Assembly: GCF_004010195.1 (NCBI RefSeq)
Contig: NC_057711.1
Span: 79,625,570-79,689,569, forward strand
DNA length: 64,000 nucleotides
Origin: Chiloscyllium plagiosum
Lineage: Eukaryota
Direction of reading: 5' to 3'
The notes beneath the pieces were generated by a model. That model saw nothing but the letters and a program-made list of their open reading frames with translations. It was not told the DNA's origin and searched no databases. The position numbers and the translations under genes are program-made. Shown here in pieces: positions 14,088 through 27,181 of this stretch (positions are counted from its first letter, which is position 1; every line of letters begins with the position of its first letter).

Positions 14088-15659
14088 TTAGAACATACTA
14101 GGGAAACTTGGCTATGAGGAGATCCTAATAACAACAGTGGATAATGATTTCAAGGGCCAATTTTCAATACATTTTATGAACTTCTTTGTGAGTGGATTGG
14201 ACAAATGACTTTGAGCCCTAAAAGTCTGTCTATTAATGTCATTTAACAATAGAAAGATTTAACACAGAAGTTGCATTGATCATTCCATGTTGCTGATTCT
14301 TGTGCAGAAAATACTTTCATTTTCCATATCGGGCATTCCCTAGATTGAACTTGAGTTTTGAATTCACCACACATTTTCAGATATACCATTGTACAGCAAT
14401 GATACCTTGAGTTGGACTGAATCTACAGCTCATTTTGAAAAATCAAAATGCATGTTCAAATGTGTATGATAATATTCACAAAAGCTAAGTCTTGTAATTT
14501 AATGAGGTTGATTTTATTTTAAATTTAAAGTCTGCAAAATTAAACCAGAACTTTTCTTAACTCAACATTGTAGAAATCAAAGTAATTCAGTTCACCTCAG
14601 GCCTGGCATTGCATGGTACTGTTTGTACCACCTTCTCTGATTGCTCACCTGAACAGAACATGGTGCACAGCCTTGGTATCCTGTTGATTCTGATCTCAAA
14701 TTATCATCCAGTTTTTCTTTTGTATTTGATCATTCCCATCATTGGAACTCTTGTTCATTTCAATACTTAGTTTTTCCCAGTCACACTCTAGGCAAATATC
14801 AGTTTGTATAGAATTCAGTGGTTTAAATCCACCTGTTGGCTCCTCCACTTTGGACTTTAACAAAAGAATGATGCTTTTGCATTCATTCAGTGGATCTAGT
14901 CTATCTGTGGAGAGTTTTTCAATTCTATCTGCAGGCCTGCACAGACTGGTAGTCAGACTCAAAGTAATGCATCTCCATTTCCTCAACTTCACTGTCAGTG
15001 GCAGTCTTTAGCCATCCAGAAAAGTTGCATTAAACTTCTTTGCTGCTTTATCTTACCATTTATTAAAAGCCTGTACAAAAGGTTTTTCAGGATGTCTTGA
15101 TCAATTCATACTTCCTGTTCAACATCACCGTTCCTCCTGTAAAAATGATTTTTTCTTATGTGGAAGATACCATATGAATGTCGGGAATAGTAATTGGTCA
15201 TGAGAGTGAGGTAAGGGGTGGGAGGCCAACGGAAGAACAGACATCTTCATGACCTCCCAGATGTTATGTTTTGTTGAAGACCTTTTAAAATGTGAACAAT
15301 AGTGTATTTTAGCAAAAATACATGATTATGAAATTGAGTTTATTTGGGAAAAAAAACATGATATTTAGGTATTCATTTTATAAATAGTAATTTATTAGTA
15401 CAGAACTTTAGCATTACTGAAAAAAGGCACAGTTTGTCAAAACTTTTTTAATCTTGCAGTCATGAGGATATTTCACAAGATTACAAATTCGAAGGAAAAT
15501 GTCTGGTAAATTATACTGTATAAGAGGAGAATGTGGATTAGTTGACAATGGACTCTGACTGCTATTAACTATATCAATACACACAGCCATAATCTCTGCA
15601 GTCAGAAAGAACATGTACACACTCTCTATGCCTATTTCAACTCATCAAAATAGGTAATA

Positions 15660-15910
15660 GCCATTTCTGGTACATTTCTCAAGGCAGTGACCTGACCAAT
15701 CAGAGTCAACCTGCCTGGTTTCCAATTTAAAAAAGTCCTGGCTGTTTACTGTCAATCAACAGTAATGAGCGCAGTCTCCATGGCTACACCTCTACCAATC
15801 AAAGTCCACTTGCCAATCAATCAACGCTGTCCTCTCATGCAATATAAATCATGATTGTCCTGATTAGTGCAAGCCAAAGGCTTTGGCAAAACTTATATTA
15901 TTTTCAGTAA
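15660..15910 (+). mobile_element. Probable PLE-type terminal repeat with CCAAT/TATA boxes and decayed hammerhead-like motif
   Basis: CCAAT at 15696, 15722, 15795 and 15813, TATAAA at 15843-15848, then gtcCTGATTAgtgcaagcCAAAggctt. Confidence 0.4.
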
Positions 15911-18900
15911 TATTCAGTTTAATTAAATACAAAGTTCTAAATGTTATTGGAAAGGAGTAGAAAGAATAGTGTAAAAAAAACGTTTTTTTTTTGCCTGTTC
16001 TAAAGGTATGTTCTTCAAAAAAATTCATCTCTAATGTTTAGTCAAATCAAGTGCAGACAGACAAGTCAGACTAGGAAATTGGGTGTCAGCAAAGGAAGAG
16101 CTTGCTCAATTCTCATTCTGTTATTTCAAGTGGTGGCTAAGAAAATCGAAATGCCATAATCGCTTGCAGGCAATACTTGCTGCTGAAGTTTACACTCTAA
16201 ATTCCATCAGCTGCTTTACTCCCAGATGGTGTAGACATAATTCTGCCCCAGGTGTTTGGAAATTTCAAGTCACCTTTTTCTAAATGATCAAATATAATAT
16301 ACTCATTGCTACAGTTAAACTGACGTACTTTTTTTTCAGTGCAGAGAGAAAATTGACAATAGATCATCAGTGGATTTCTTTTTGTTTTACCTCTTTCATT
16401 AAGGACAATGAACCAGCAATTCAAAGTTTTAAATGGATTGGATATCCAGATGTTGCAAATGCCTACTTACACAGAAATGTACTTGTGATTAATTATCAAA
16501 AGATACTTTTGGTTCCAAAATTAAAATTAAAATGAGTTGTTGTGTGACTTGTATTCACCCAGAAGCCTGTTGGATGAAGACCGGCTCTGCTGGTTTTGAT
16601 GTGAGGTCTTTGGCATTCTAAGAGTGTTTTTTAAGATGTTTTGAAGACTGTAGACAAATTAACTTTCTATGTCCCATGTCCTTAACATTAAATCATTTCC
16701 AACATGATTAACACAAAGAAGAAATCAAGTCTGTGGTCCGTTCCAGGCACTGTGCCTTTGTTAAGTCTAGTTTTGGACATGTACTAAGAAGTAGATTTAG
16801 CACTGGAACTAAATCCATGACTGAGCATTGTTTTAATATTTTTAATGCTATCTGAACAAAATATTAAAAAGTATACTCACCACTGTATATAGTTATGGAG
16901 TCTATCAGTCATGGACACTGCATTTATCAACAGTTTTCTATAGCTATATACTACATAAGTTTAGACCATTGACTCAGCTTGAGCCTAGCAGTTAAGTAAC
17001 TCTGCAGTCTGCAGTGTGCCAGTAGGAAAATGATAAGGGTATAATAGAGTGACAGCCTAACTTGTTAATGTGCAGTGGAAGTGATGATGTTTGTGCTCTT
17101 CAAAACCTTATTTTTTGCAGGATTATCAAACTTTGACATTTTATCAGCGCTGTTCATTTTTAAAGGTAAATGCAAAAACGCAGGTTATGTGGAAACTTAA
17201 TTAGTAGTTGGGATGGGAGATGCAGTGCTGAGCATCACTCTGGAATGTTGATCATTTTGTAATCTTTTCATTGGACATGCAGACATCCCCAATTATTCAT
17301 TACAATGATACTAAAAACTACTTTGTGAAGTGCATTTATGTTGTGAGTGATGGTCCTGTGACTGCTATATTTTTATGCACACATCTGGCAAATCTGTGGT
17401 CCTAATGACTACAAATAATGGCCTTAGTTCTATAAGGTAACACAAACCTAGCACTGGAAGATGGTGAGCAAGTCTACAAAATAACAACGTTGTTGTACAT
17501 TTCAATGACTGCTACATTTTGGCTATTTTTTTCTTTTTCCTTCCTCATTTCCTCTCTCCATTTCAAATCTGTCCAGGCATATCTGTCTGCCCCCAACCTA
17601 AAAGGAAACCAGCCATGCTTCTCAATTAGATTCATAAGATGTAGAAATCTAGTTTGGATGTCCAGGCCTTTTTGACCATTTTGGTGGATCACCTGACTTC
17701 CAGGAAGTTGTCCACCACATCCACAATTTTTGTTTTTAACATTGTGATAAATCTCTTTACTTAGAATAATTGCAAACATTGTTATATTAATTCCTATCTG
17801 CTGATAGCCTTTATACCATGAAATTTTTAAAAATGTGCCTGTTAATGGGATGGCTCTGAGGCCATACAGCTTTCCACCCTTACTGTCCAGGTTTTAACCA
17901 TAAAGCTAAGACTTACAGAGCTACCAAATTGCTGTTATAACACAAGTAAGCAAAAAGAAAAAAATGGCTAACTAAGGAATAAGTTTATTTGTACAGATGC
18001 ATTATGTACTACTGAAAGTGCCCTGTGGTCAACATGTTAGCTTTTTATCCCCTTTTCTTCCTTAGAAAAATTGTTATATTTAAAAGTTTCTTAAAATCAG
18101 TAGTTATGTTTTATAACTAATGGATGGACAAAAATGCATTTCTGTTCCTGAATGTTTGTTGTATATTTAAAAGGAACTGGTCACATGTGGCTAGTTATAA
18201 ATGTGACAGTAGGAGAACAGAATGTAAAATGCTGCAGGACCACACTGGATATTCATAAGTGTATAAAAAAATAGTAATCTTTGTTTGAATGAAAGCAAAG
18301 ATTTGAAACACTGGAAATGTAACCTCAACTAGTCTGTCTCTAGTGGTCTCTGTACTGTAACATAATTCTTTTAATATAACATGCTGTTTCACTGTTTTGA
18401 TTTGTGGTTGTTTTTGTATTGTATTTTAACTAACATTGGAAACTATTGCCAAAATGGCCATTGAAGGTATAATTTGCTAGTGTATATCAACCATCCAGAA
18501 ATCACATCTGGACATTTTTTGTGATTGAACATAAAACACAAAGGTTAAGTTGAACATTAGATGTGGGGGTGGGGGAGGGGAGCGGGGGAGCTGTGGTTGC
18601 AGATACTGATGCAGATCTGTTTTTAAGCAAATGTTTGACCGACCAAGATCATGACATTCTGAACACATTGCAGTTCAGAGAGAAAAAGACCTTCCCATTC
18701 ACTTCTGTGTAAACCAGAGCAATCTTGGCTCAACACAGGTCAGTAAATGTCTGGAATTTCTAAGAAATAATCTTGACTGTGTAAGCCCTCAGATAAACAG
18801 CAATGGGAGGGCTTATTAATTTTTACTAACTCTCTTATCTGAATTATATTTCTCACTACCACTAAAGAGCTTCTGTATTGCTCAAGGTAATTTTATCCTT

Positions 18901-19261
18901 TACTTCAGTGATTTTGATGTGCAGGTTGCTAAGAACTTCAATTAACTAGTACATCATTTGCTCCATCTCTGTATTCATGTCATTATTACAACCAAAATAT
19001 ATTTTGTCATAGACCTCCTCTATGATGCTTCCTGTTGGAGAAAAAGTAAAACACACCAAGCCATGTCAAAGAGTTTGCAGTTGAATGACTGAGCAGCCAA
19101 CCATGTACTTATTACCCTGTTGTAACCAATTCTCCTAAATTAAAACTTACTTGTATATCAATCAATTACTGGATATAAAATTTAATTTAGGGCTATGCAT
19201 AATAAAATACTTGAAATAAAAATTCCAGGGTTTTTATACGGAGTGCACCGATGTCGAATAG

Positions 19262-19450
19262 ATGGCACAAAAACATCACCTTGACTGTTTCCTAGACATT
19301 GATGATCTCTTCATTTGTTTGAAACTGAGACAACATATTCCAATTTTCCCCAAGCAGAACACCTTGCACAAAATCATCAGACATCCCATAACCTCTGGGA
19401 AATTGGATCACATTCCTATTCAAGATGGATCTTTAATCATATTGTAATAA
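19262..19450 (+). mobile_element. Old PLE-like reverse transcriptase remnant
   Basis: ORF FLDIDDLFI...NTLHKII...DHIPIQD parallels the PLE RT pattern RYIDDIF...N.LHP.I.FT...PFLD. Confidence 0.45.
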
Positions 19451-20087
19451 GTCTGCCACGAATATATAGCAACTTTTTTTTGTGAACAGCAGAAAAGGAA
19501 AATAAGCCCAGCTGTTTGGAGTTCATGATGCTTATGGGCTGAATGTCATGAGAATGAATGTTTTGCATATAATTGTCATAATCAGCAGAATTGTTAGAAG
19601 GTGAATGGTCCTAGACACTGATAGTTTATGGATATGGGATGCTTCTACACCCAGTAATGACACAAATATTCTAGTGCAGGCATTTAATTATAGTGAAGAG
19701 AAGTATGTCACTCCTATTTTGATTCTGTCTTCAAAGTATTTGTATCACATATTCCATTTGTTGTATCTGCTCTGAAATTTTTAAAGTCTGTCATTGTATG
19801 GGTGCTTACTGTGTTTTGCCTAAGGATGACCAGAGGAAGGTCTCGATATAGGTGTTGCATATTGAAACATTTCAAAATGCCCATCTGGAAATTTACAATG
19901 GGCAATTTCAGAATTTATATTTATCTTAACTTTTGAGAATTATGGAGCCAGAGAAAAGGGATACATTGAGAGGAAACTGTACCTGAATGCAATGTAGACT
20001 AAGTATGAAGTCAAGAATTTGGTACATGTAGCAATTGTAGAAAATACAAGTTGCATGCCAGAAATGGAGGGTAACCTAGAGATAGGT

Positions 20088-20300
20088 TTGATTTGATTTC
20101 TTATTGTCTTGCACCAAGATACAGTGGTATGTATTGTTTTACATAATATCCAGCCTTACATAAGCACATCAGGTCAATAGAACAGAATGCAGACTGTAGT
20201 GTTATGGCTACAGAGAAGGTACAGAGAAAGACCAACTTTAAAATATAACAGGTCCATCCATAAGTCTGAGAATGGCAGGAAAGAAGCCAATAGGTTGAGT
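20088..20300 (-). mobile_element. Rex1/Babar-like LINE 3' tail
   Basis: ttgatttgatttcttattgtcttgcaccaagatacagtg is reverse-complement-similar to the tail at 59915-59955. Confidence 0.55.
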
Positions 20301-20739
20301 CTGTGGATTCAGAGCATTCCAAAGAACATCAAACTATGATGTAACAAGAAAGAAGGTAAGAAATTAGAGAGTGAGTATTTTATTTAAATTGAAGAATTTC
20401 ATCCGGACTAAGGATAACATTAATTGATATATGAAGATAATGACCAGCAGGACTAGAGGCATTAATTGAAATGCATTTAAGAAAATCAGTTGCTTAAAAC
20501 AAAATATAGATGAAAGTGATGATGATGTATTGCAGCAGTAGTTTCTGAGGATAGTGGATGTTAGTATAATGTATGGCAACAATATTTGTAGTAAATATCT
20601 GTGATTTGAGAAACTGGCTTGGAGTTAAAGAGCTTGCTACCAAGCACCTCAAGGAGGGAGTGTTCCAGAAGGTAGTGGCATCACTTAGTCTTTATTAACT
20701 TTGGATTTGCTCTGAAGTCAGTGACAGTAAGGCACGACA

Positions 20740-20870
20740 GTGATTGAAGAAGGGGTACACCTGAAATGTCGACTTCTGCACCTCCTGATGCTGCCTGGCT
20801 TGCTGTGTTCTTCCAGTCTCCTGCCTGTCTACTTTGGATTCCAGCATCTGGAGGTTTTTTTTTGTCTCTA
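20740..20870 (+). mobile_element. PLE terminal fragment with degenerate hammerhead motif
   Basis: ttgaagaaggggtacacctgaaatgtcgac...gatgctgcctggcttgctgtgttcttccag...ttccagcatctg, related to 33817-33930. Confidence 0.7.
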
Positions 20871-21129
20871 GTGACTGATTGAGGCAGGTATGGAGATCAA
20901 AAAGGTAGAAGTGAAAGTCCCTCAGCCTTTGCAATTATCCCATAGACTTGAGATTTTGCAGCTTGTATGAACAAGAGCAGAGGCTACAATATGTATAAGC
21001 AAACTGATCATGGATGATTAAGTAGAAATATAGCATTAAGAGACTATTGATGGGTCTCAGTTCAGTGGAGCCAAGAGCATATTCAAGAAGATTATGTTGC
21101 CTGCCTGGTGCCGATACTAAAGGTGAAGG

Positions 21130-22305
21130 TAGAAAGACTCTTTATAAGCAAGAGTGTGAAAGGTCATCAAGGATGGGCAGAAACGTGAAATTGAGGTTAA
21201 AATGAGATCAGCCATGAACTTGGTGAATGGTGAAGCAGGCTGGAGGGACTGATTGGCCTCCTGCTTCTAATTTGCATGTTTATGTATCTCCTAGGACTGG
21301 AAGGAAGTTGTACTAAGCACCACCATGAGTAGCTAGCTGACGAAGTTAAGGTTAGTGTCAAATTGAAAGTAAAAGCATGCACTACAGAGAAGAATGGTGT
21401 AAGTCAGAAGTGTGGACAAATTTTGGAAACTCAAACAATGACTAAAACAAAATTAGAGAGAAATCAGAGTATGACAGAAAACTTTCTAGAAAATCAAGTC
21501 CTTAAAAAGGAAAATAGTAACTAAACAGTGTTGGTCCCTTAGAAGATGAGACTTGAGAATTATTAATGGGAAACATGGAAATGGTAGAAAGATTGAACAG
21601 GCAGCTGTGTTTTATTGCAAAAGACAAAAAAAAATCCCAAAAATACCTGAAAAGCAAAAGACAAGTGGGAGGTAGGAACTTAAGACAATTACAATCATTA
21701 GATGTAAATGTATTGGTTAGAACAAAAGGCTGAAAAGTCCCATGGATGATAGCCCACATTCTAGGATCTTGAAAGAGGTGGCTGCAGAAAGAGTTAATTT
21801 TGCAAACATCCTTAGATTCTGGAAGGATCTTGTCAGATTGAAACATAACAAATGTGACTCCTCTATTCAAGAAAGGAGAGAGACAACAAGCAGGAAACTG
21901 TAGAACAGGTCGCTAAACATCTGTTATAGGGAAAATGCTGGAATCAACATTATTAAGGAAGTTACATCAAGGTACTTAGACAATCTCAGTCTTTGTGGGA
22001 GAGACTAGAAAAATGGGTCTCCCATTTAAGATGGAGTTGCCTTTCATTTTAAGGTAGAGTTGAAGAGATTTGTTTTTCTCTCTCTGAAGTTTTGTATCTT
22101 TGGAATTCTTTTCCCCAGAGACACCAGGCAAGAATATTTTGTATTATATAGATCCATAAGTAATAAATGAATCAAAGTGCTTCAGGTGAGCAGGAAAGTG
22201 GAATTGGGTCTACAAAGAGGTTAGCCAAGATCTTATCAAATAATGAAGCAAGCTCAAGAGTGGAATGGCCTACTCCTACTTTGTATTTACATGTGTTTGT
22301 ATTGA
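21130..22305 (+). mobile_element. CR1-clade LINE fragments (internally deleted)
   Basis: 3' tail at 21130-21290, then RT N-terminal motifs (NVTPLFKKG, NCR..LTSVIGKMLES at 21850-21945) joined directly to a second 3' tail. Confidence 0.8.
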
Positions 22306-22589
22306 TGGACATTCTCAACTGTTTAACCCAGAGCATAGCTACCCTCTGAGTGTTTCACCAGATGTTCCCTCAGCTCTCACTGCAGCTCCAGAAATTGCTA
22401 TATTCCCAATTATACCAGAGACCCATGGTCAGCTTAATGATCAGCATTGACCTGACCTCTCACATTCCTTCAGATGTGACATACTGTGAGCCCAAGTTTA
22501 CTTGGGGAACATATAGCAACCCAGCTGGGCATGCAAGGGAATGTTATGATGGCATCATCTCTCCATTCTTGTGAATGACTTATGAGAGA

Positions 22590-24700
22590 AAACAGAACAT
22601 AAGAACTAGGAGCAGAAGTATGCTGTCTGGCCCTTTGAGTCTACTCCACCATTCAGTAAGATCATGGCTGATCTTTTTGTGGACTCAGATCCACTTACCC
22701 GTGCTCTCACCATATCATCAATTCAATCCTAAATGTGCTCCCTCTAATCTTGAGGCTATGCCCTCTTGTCCTAGTTTCTCCTGCCAGTGGAAGCATCCTC
22801 TCCTACCTTATCTATTCCCTTCATAATTTTGTATGTTTCAATAAGATCACCCTCAATCTTCTGAATTCCAATGAATATAATTCCAATCTACTCAGTCTGT
22901 CCTCATAAGCCAACCCCTGAACTCTGAATCAACCTAGCGAACCTCCTCTGCTCCCCCTCTAGTGTCAGTATGTCCTTTCTCAGGTAAGGAGACCAAAACT
23001 GCACACAGTGTGGCCTCACTAACACCTTATACAGCTGCGACATCACCTCTTTGCTTTTAAACTCAATCCCTTTAGCAATGAAGGACAAAATTCCATTTGT
23101 CTTCTTAATTACATGTACCTGCAGACCATCCTTCTGTGATTCATGCACAAGGACACTTGGTCCCTCTGCATAGCAGCTAGTTGCAAATTTCATTGCATTC
23201 AAGTGATAAACCTTTTTAATATTACTCCTACCAAAGCGAATTACTTAACATTTATTAACATTGTATTCCATTTTCCTGACCTTTGCCCACTCACTCAATG
23301 TACCTATGTTCCTCTGCAAAGTTTCACAGTCCTCTGCACACTTTTCTCTTCCACTCATCTTAGTGTCATCTGCAAACTTTGACACCCTACTCGTCCCCAA
23401 CACCAAATCATCTATATAAATTATTTATAATTGTAGTTCCAGCACTGATCCCTTAGGCACACCACTAGTCACTGATTGCCAACCAGAATAGCACTCGTTT
23501 ATCCCCACTTTTTGCTTCCTGTTAGTCAACCAGTCCTCTATTCATGCTAATACTTTACCACTAACACCATGCATCCTTATCATATGCAGCAGCCTCTTGT
23601 GTGGCACCTTGTCGAAAACCTTTTGGAAATCTAGATACATCACATCCATTGGGTCCCCATTGTCCAACTTGCTTGTAATGTCTTCATAGAATTCCAAAAG
23701 ATTTGTCAAGCATGACCTGCCCTTCATGAACCCATACTGTGTCTGCCCAACAGGACAATTTCTATCTAGATGTCTTGCTATTTCTTCCTTGATGATAATA
23801 GACGCAAGCACCTTTCCAATGACAGAGGTTAAGCTAACCAATCTATAATTCTCCATCTTTTGCCTACTTCTCTTTTTAAACAGTAGAGTCACATTTGCTG
23901 TTTTCCAATCTGCTGGGACTGCCCCAAAATCCAGCAAATTTGGAAAATTACCGGCAGTGCACCTGCTATTTCTCCCACCATGTCTTTTAGAACCTTGGGA
24001 TGCATTCCATCAGGGCCAGGAGACTTATCTTTCCTTAGTTCCATTAGCTTCCCCAACACTACCTCTTCCATAATAATGATTATTTCCAGGTCCTCACCTA
24101 GCTTCATCTCTTAGTCACTTACTGGCATGTTATTCGTGACTTCCACTGTGAAGACTGATACAAAGTACCTGTTCAATGCCTTGGCCATTTCACCATATCC
24201 CATAACTAAATGCCCCTTCTCATCCTCTAAAGGGTCAGTGTTTATTTTAGCTAGTGTATTTCATTTTATATATTTATAGAAACTTTTGCTGTCTGTCTTT
24301 ATATTCTGTGCTAGTTTTTTTTTTCTCATTCTATCTTACTTTTCCTTATAGGTCTTTTTGCAGCTTTCTGTTGACCTTTTTAAGTTTTCCCAATCTTCTA
24401 GTTTCATGCTGTTTTTGGCCACATTGTATGCTTTCTCTTTCAATTTGACAGCCTCCCTTATTTCCTGAGACACCCAATGGCATATTACCCCTTTTCTTAC
24501 AGTCCTTCTTTTTCACTGGAATATACTTTTGCTGAGCACTTTGAAAATTGCTCTGAAAGTCCTCCACTGCTCGTCAACTAACCCATCATAAAATCTTTGT
24601 TTCCAATCTACTTTAGCCAAGTCCTCCTCCATTCTATTGAGGTCCCCTTTGTTTAAGCACAGGACCCTGCTATTGGCTTTTATCTTCACAGATGACCACT
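22590..24700 (-). mobile_element. CR1-clade LINE, ~2.1 kb, pseudogenised RT
   Basis: Minus ORFs with KSPGPDGMHP, VPADWKTANV..FKK, ENYRLVSLTSVIGK, GFMKGRSCLTNLLEF, YLDFQKVFDKVPH, CVQFWSPYLRKD; multiple frameshifts. Confidence 0.93.
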
Positions 24701-24934
24701 TTATATCCCTCCAGACTTGAGCCTGTACAGACAAGAAACCATTTTCAGCAATGGTTTTAAATTAGTGGACATGTGAGTACCATCCCTTTTTTTTTTGCCT
24801 AACTCTCCTCTGCACACAGCCACGAAGCTGCTCATGGTCTTGCATCTGAACTCTGACCTGACTGTCTGCAGTGGAGCAGCTTTCATGGTACCCTACCAGT
24901 TTTAGAGTTTTCTCCTCCATGTAAGTCAGGATGA

Positions 24935-25040
24935 CAGTGTTTCTGAAGAAGAGTAATTGGATTTGAAATTTTAAATCTGCTTTCACTCCACAGACACTGC
25001 TAGACCTGTTGAATTTCTCCAGTAATTTCTGTTTTTGTGA
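24935..25040 (+). mobile_element. PLE terminal fragment with decayed hammerhead-like motif
   Basis: ttCTGAAGAagagtaattggatttGAAAtttt...acagacactgctagacctgttgaatttctccag, a diverged relative of the other PLE tails. Confidence 0.5.
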
Positions 25041-25179
25041 CAATGTTTGGGACCTCATTGCAGGTCCTAGCCCTTTCCTGGTTAGTTTGAACTGTTGAAA
25101 CAAGGAACATGATTGTTACCCAAAAGGAATAGGCATGATGCCTATTCAGTTAGCATGATAGCTGTTGCTTCTGCCCCTC

Positions 25180-27180
25180 AGTCATGGAGTCATACAGCAT
25201 GGAAACAGACCCTTCAGTCCAACTAGTTCATGCCAAACATACTCCCAAACTGAACTAGTCACACTGTCCATTGAGCCGGCTCAGCCATTCTGTATGATCG
25301 TGGTTGATCATCCAACACAGTATCTTGTTCCCACCTTCTCCCCATACTTTGTAATCCCTTTGGAAACAAGAACTATATCTAACTTCTTCTTCAAAAATTC
25401 AGTGGTTTGGCCTCAATTGCTTTCAGTGGCAGAGAATTCCAGAGGCTTATTATTATCTGGGTGAAGGATCTCCTGACCTCAATCATAAATGGCCTACCCT
25501 ATATCCTTAATCTATGACCCCTGGTTCTGGACATTCTGGTCATCGGGAACATTCTTTCTGTGTTTGCCCTGTCGTGTTCTATTAGAATTGTTTCTATGAG
25601 ACCCCCTTCATTCTTGTAAACTACAGCCTGAACCAATCCAGTGTCATACATCAGTCCTGCCATTCCAGGAATCACTCTGATAAACCTTTGTTGCACTCCC
25701 CTGTCATCAGAACATCCTTCCTCAGATAAAGAAGACCAAAACTGCATTCAGTACACTCTAGACGTGGTTTCACTTAGGTCCTGCAAATTGCAGTAAGACA
25801 TTTGCGGTCCTATACTCTGATCTTGCTATGACAGACAACAGCCTTCTCTACCTGCTGAAGCTGCATGTTTCTTTTCGGCAACTGGTGTAAAATGAAACCT
25901 TGGTCTTGTTGAACCTTCCCTCAATCTATCACTATTCAGTTAATAATGTACCTTCCTGCTTTTGTTACTAAAATGGATACCCCAGTATTTAGAGTGTACT
26001 TTATCTGCAATACATTTGCCTAAATCATTCTGAAGTATTTCTGCACCCTTCTCACAGTTCATCCTTCTACCCAGCTCTGTGCTGTCTGTAATCTTGGAGA
26101 TATTACATTTAGTTCCATCATTGAAATCATTTACAGATATTGTGAACAGCTGGGGTCCTAGCCCTACGCCTGTGTATCCCACAAGTCACTGCCTACCACT
26201 TAGAAAAAGGGCATTTATTCCTATTCTCTGTTTCCAACCAGCCAATCAGTTCTTTATCCACTTAAGTGAATGATCTCACATCCCAAGTACTTGAATTTTA
26301 CATTGCTAATCTCTTATGTGGGACCTTATCGAAAACCTTCTGAAAGTCTATGTAAACCACTGGCATCACTGGCTCCCCCTTATCAACTGTACTAGTTATA
26401 TCCTCAAAAAATTACTATAAGTTTGTCAAGTATAATTATCCTTTTGTAAGTCCATGTGGAGACTGTTCAATCTTGTCACTGTTTTTCAAGTGCTGTGCCA
26501 CTAAATCTTTTGTAATGGTCTCTAACTTGTTCCCCATTAGTGATGGTCAGGCTAACTAGTTTGAACTTATCTGTTTTCTCTCTCTGTTTTTTTAGTGTGG
26601 TTTACATTAGCTACCCTCCAATCTATAGGAACTGTTCCAGAGTCTTGTAAGGTGATCACCAATGTATCCATTATCCTTAGAGCCACTTCTTTAAATACTC
26701 TGGGATGTAGATTATCAGACCCTGCGGATTTATCAACTTTTAAACTTTGACACAATTTCTCTATTAATCCTGATTTTCTTCAGTTTCTAATTCTCACTAG
26801 ACCCTGCATTCTCTAACGTTTTTGGGACATTGTGTGTCTTCTTTTGTGAAGACAGAACCAAAATAAGAGTTTAATTGCTTTGCTATCTCCTTGTTCCTCA
26901 TTGTAACTTTCTCTGTTTCTAATTGTAAAGGACCTATATTTGTTTTGTTGCCCAATTTGTATGTCCCTTTCTTTGGTCTGATTTCCTAATTTCCCTTGTT
27001 GGCCACGGGATCCAACTTTCCCATTTTATTTTTGTGCCAGACAAGAATGAACATTTGTTGCAGTTCCTCCATATGCACTTTAATTGTTTGCCATTCCCTG
27101 TCCATCATCATCCCTTTGTAAGGTGCCCCAATTCATTGTTACCAGCTCGCAACTCTTACCATTGTAGTTTCATTTATTTA
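25180..27180 (-). mobile_element. CR1-clade LINE (older copy) preceded by a short HER1 tail
   Basis: Minus ORFs with DKSAGSDNLHPRVFKE, VPIDWRVANV, GLGPQLFTISVND, QFWS...VQQRFIRVIPGM. Confidence 0.88.
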
Positions 27181-27181
27181 G

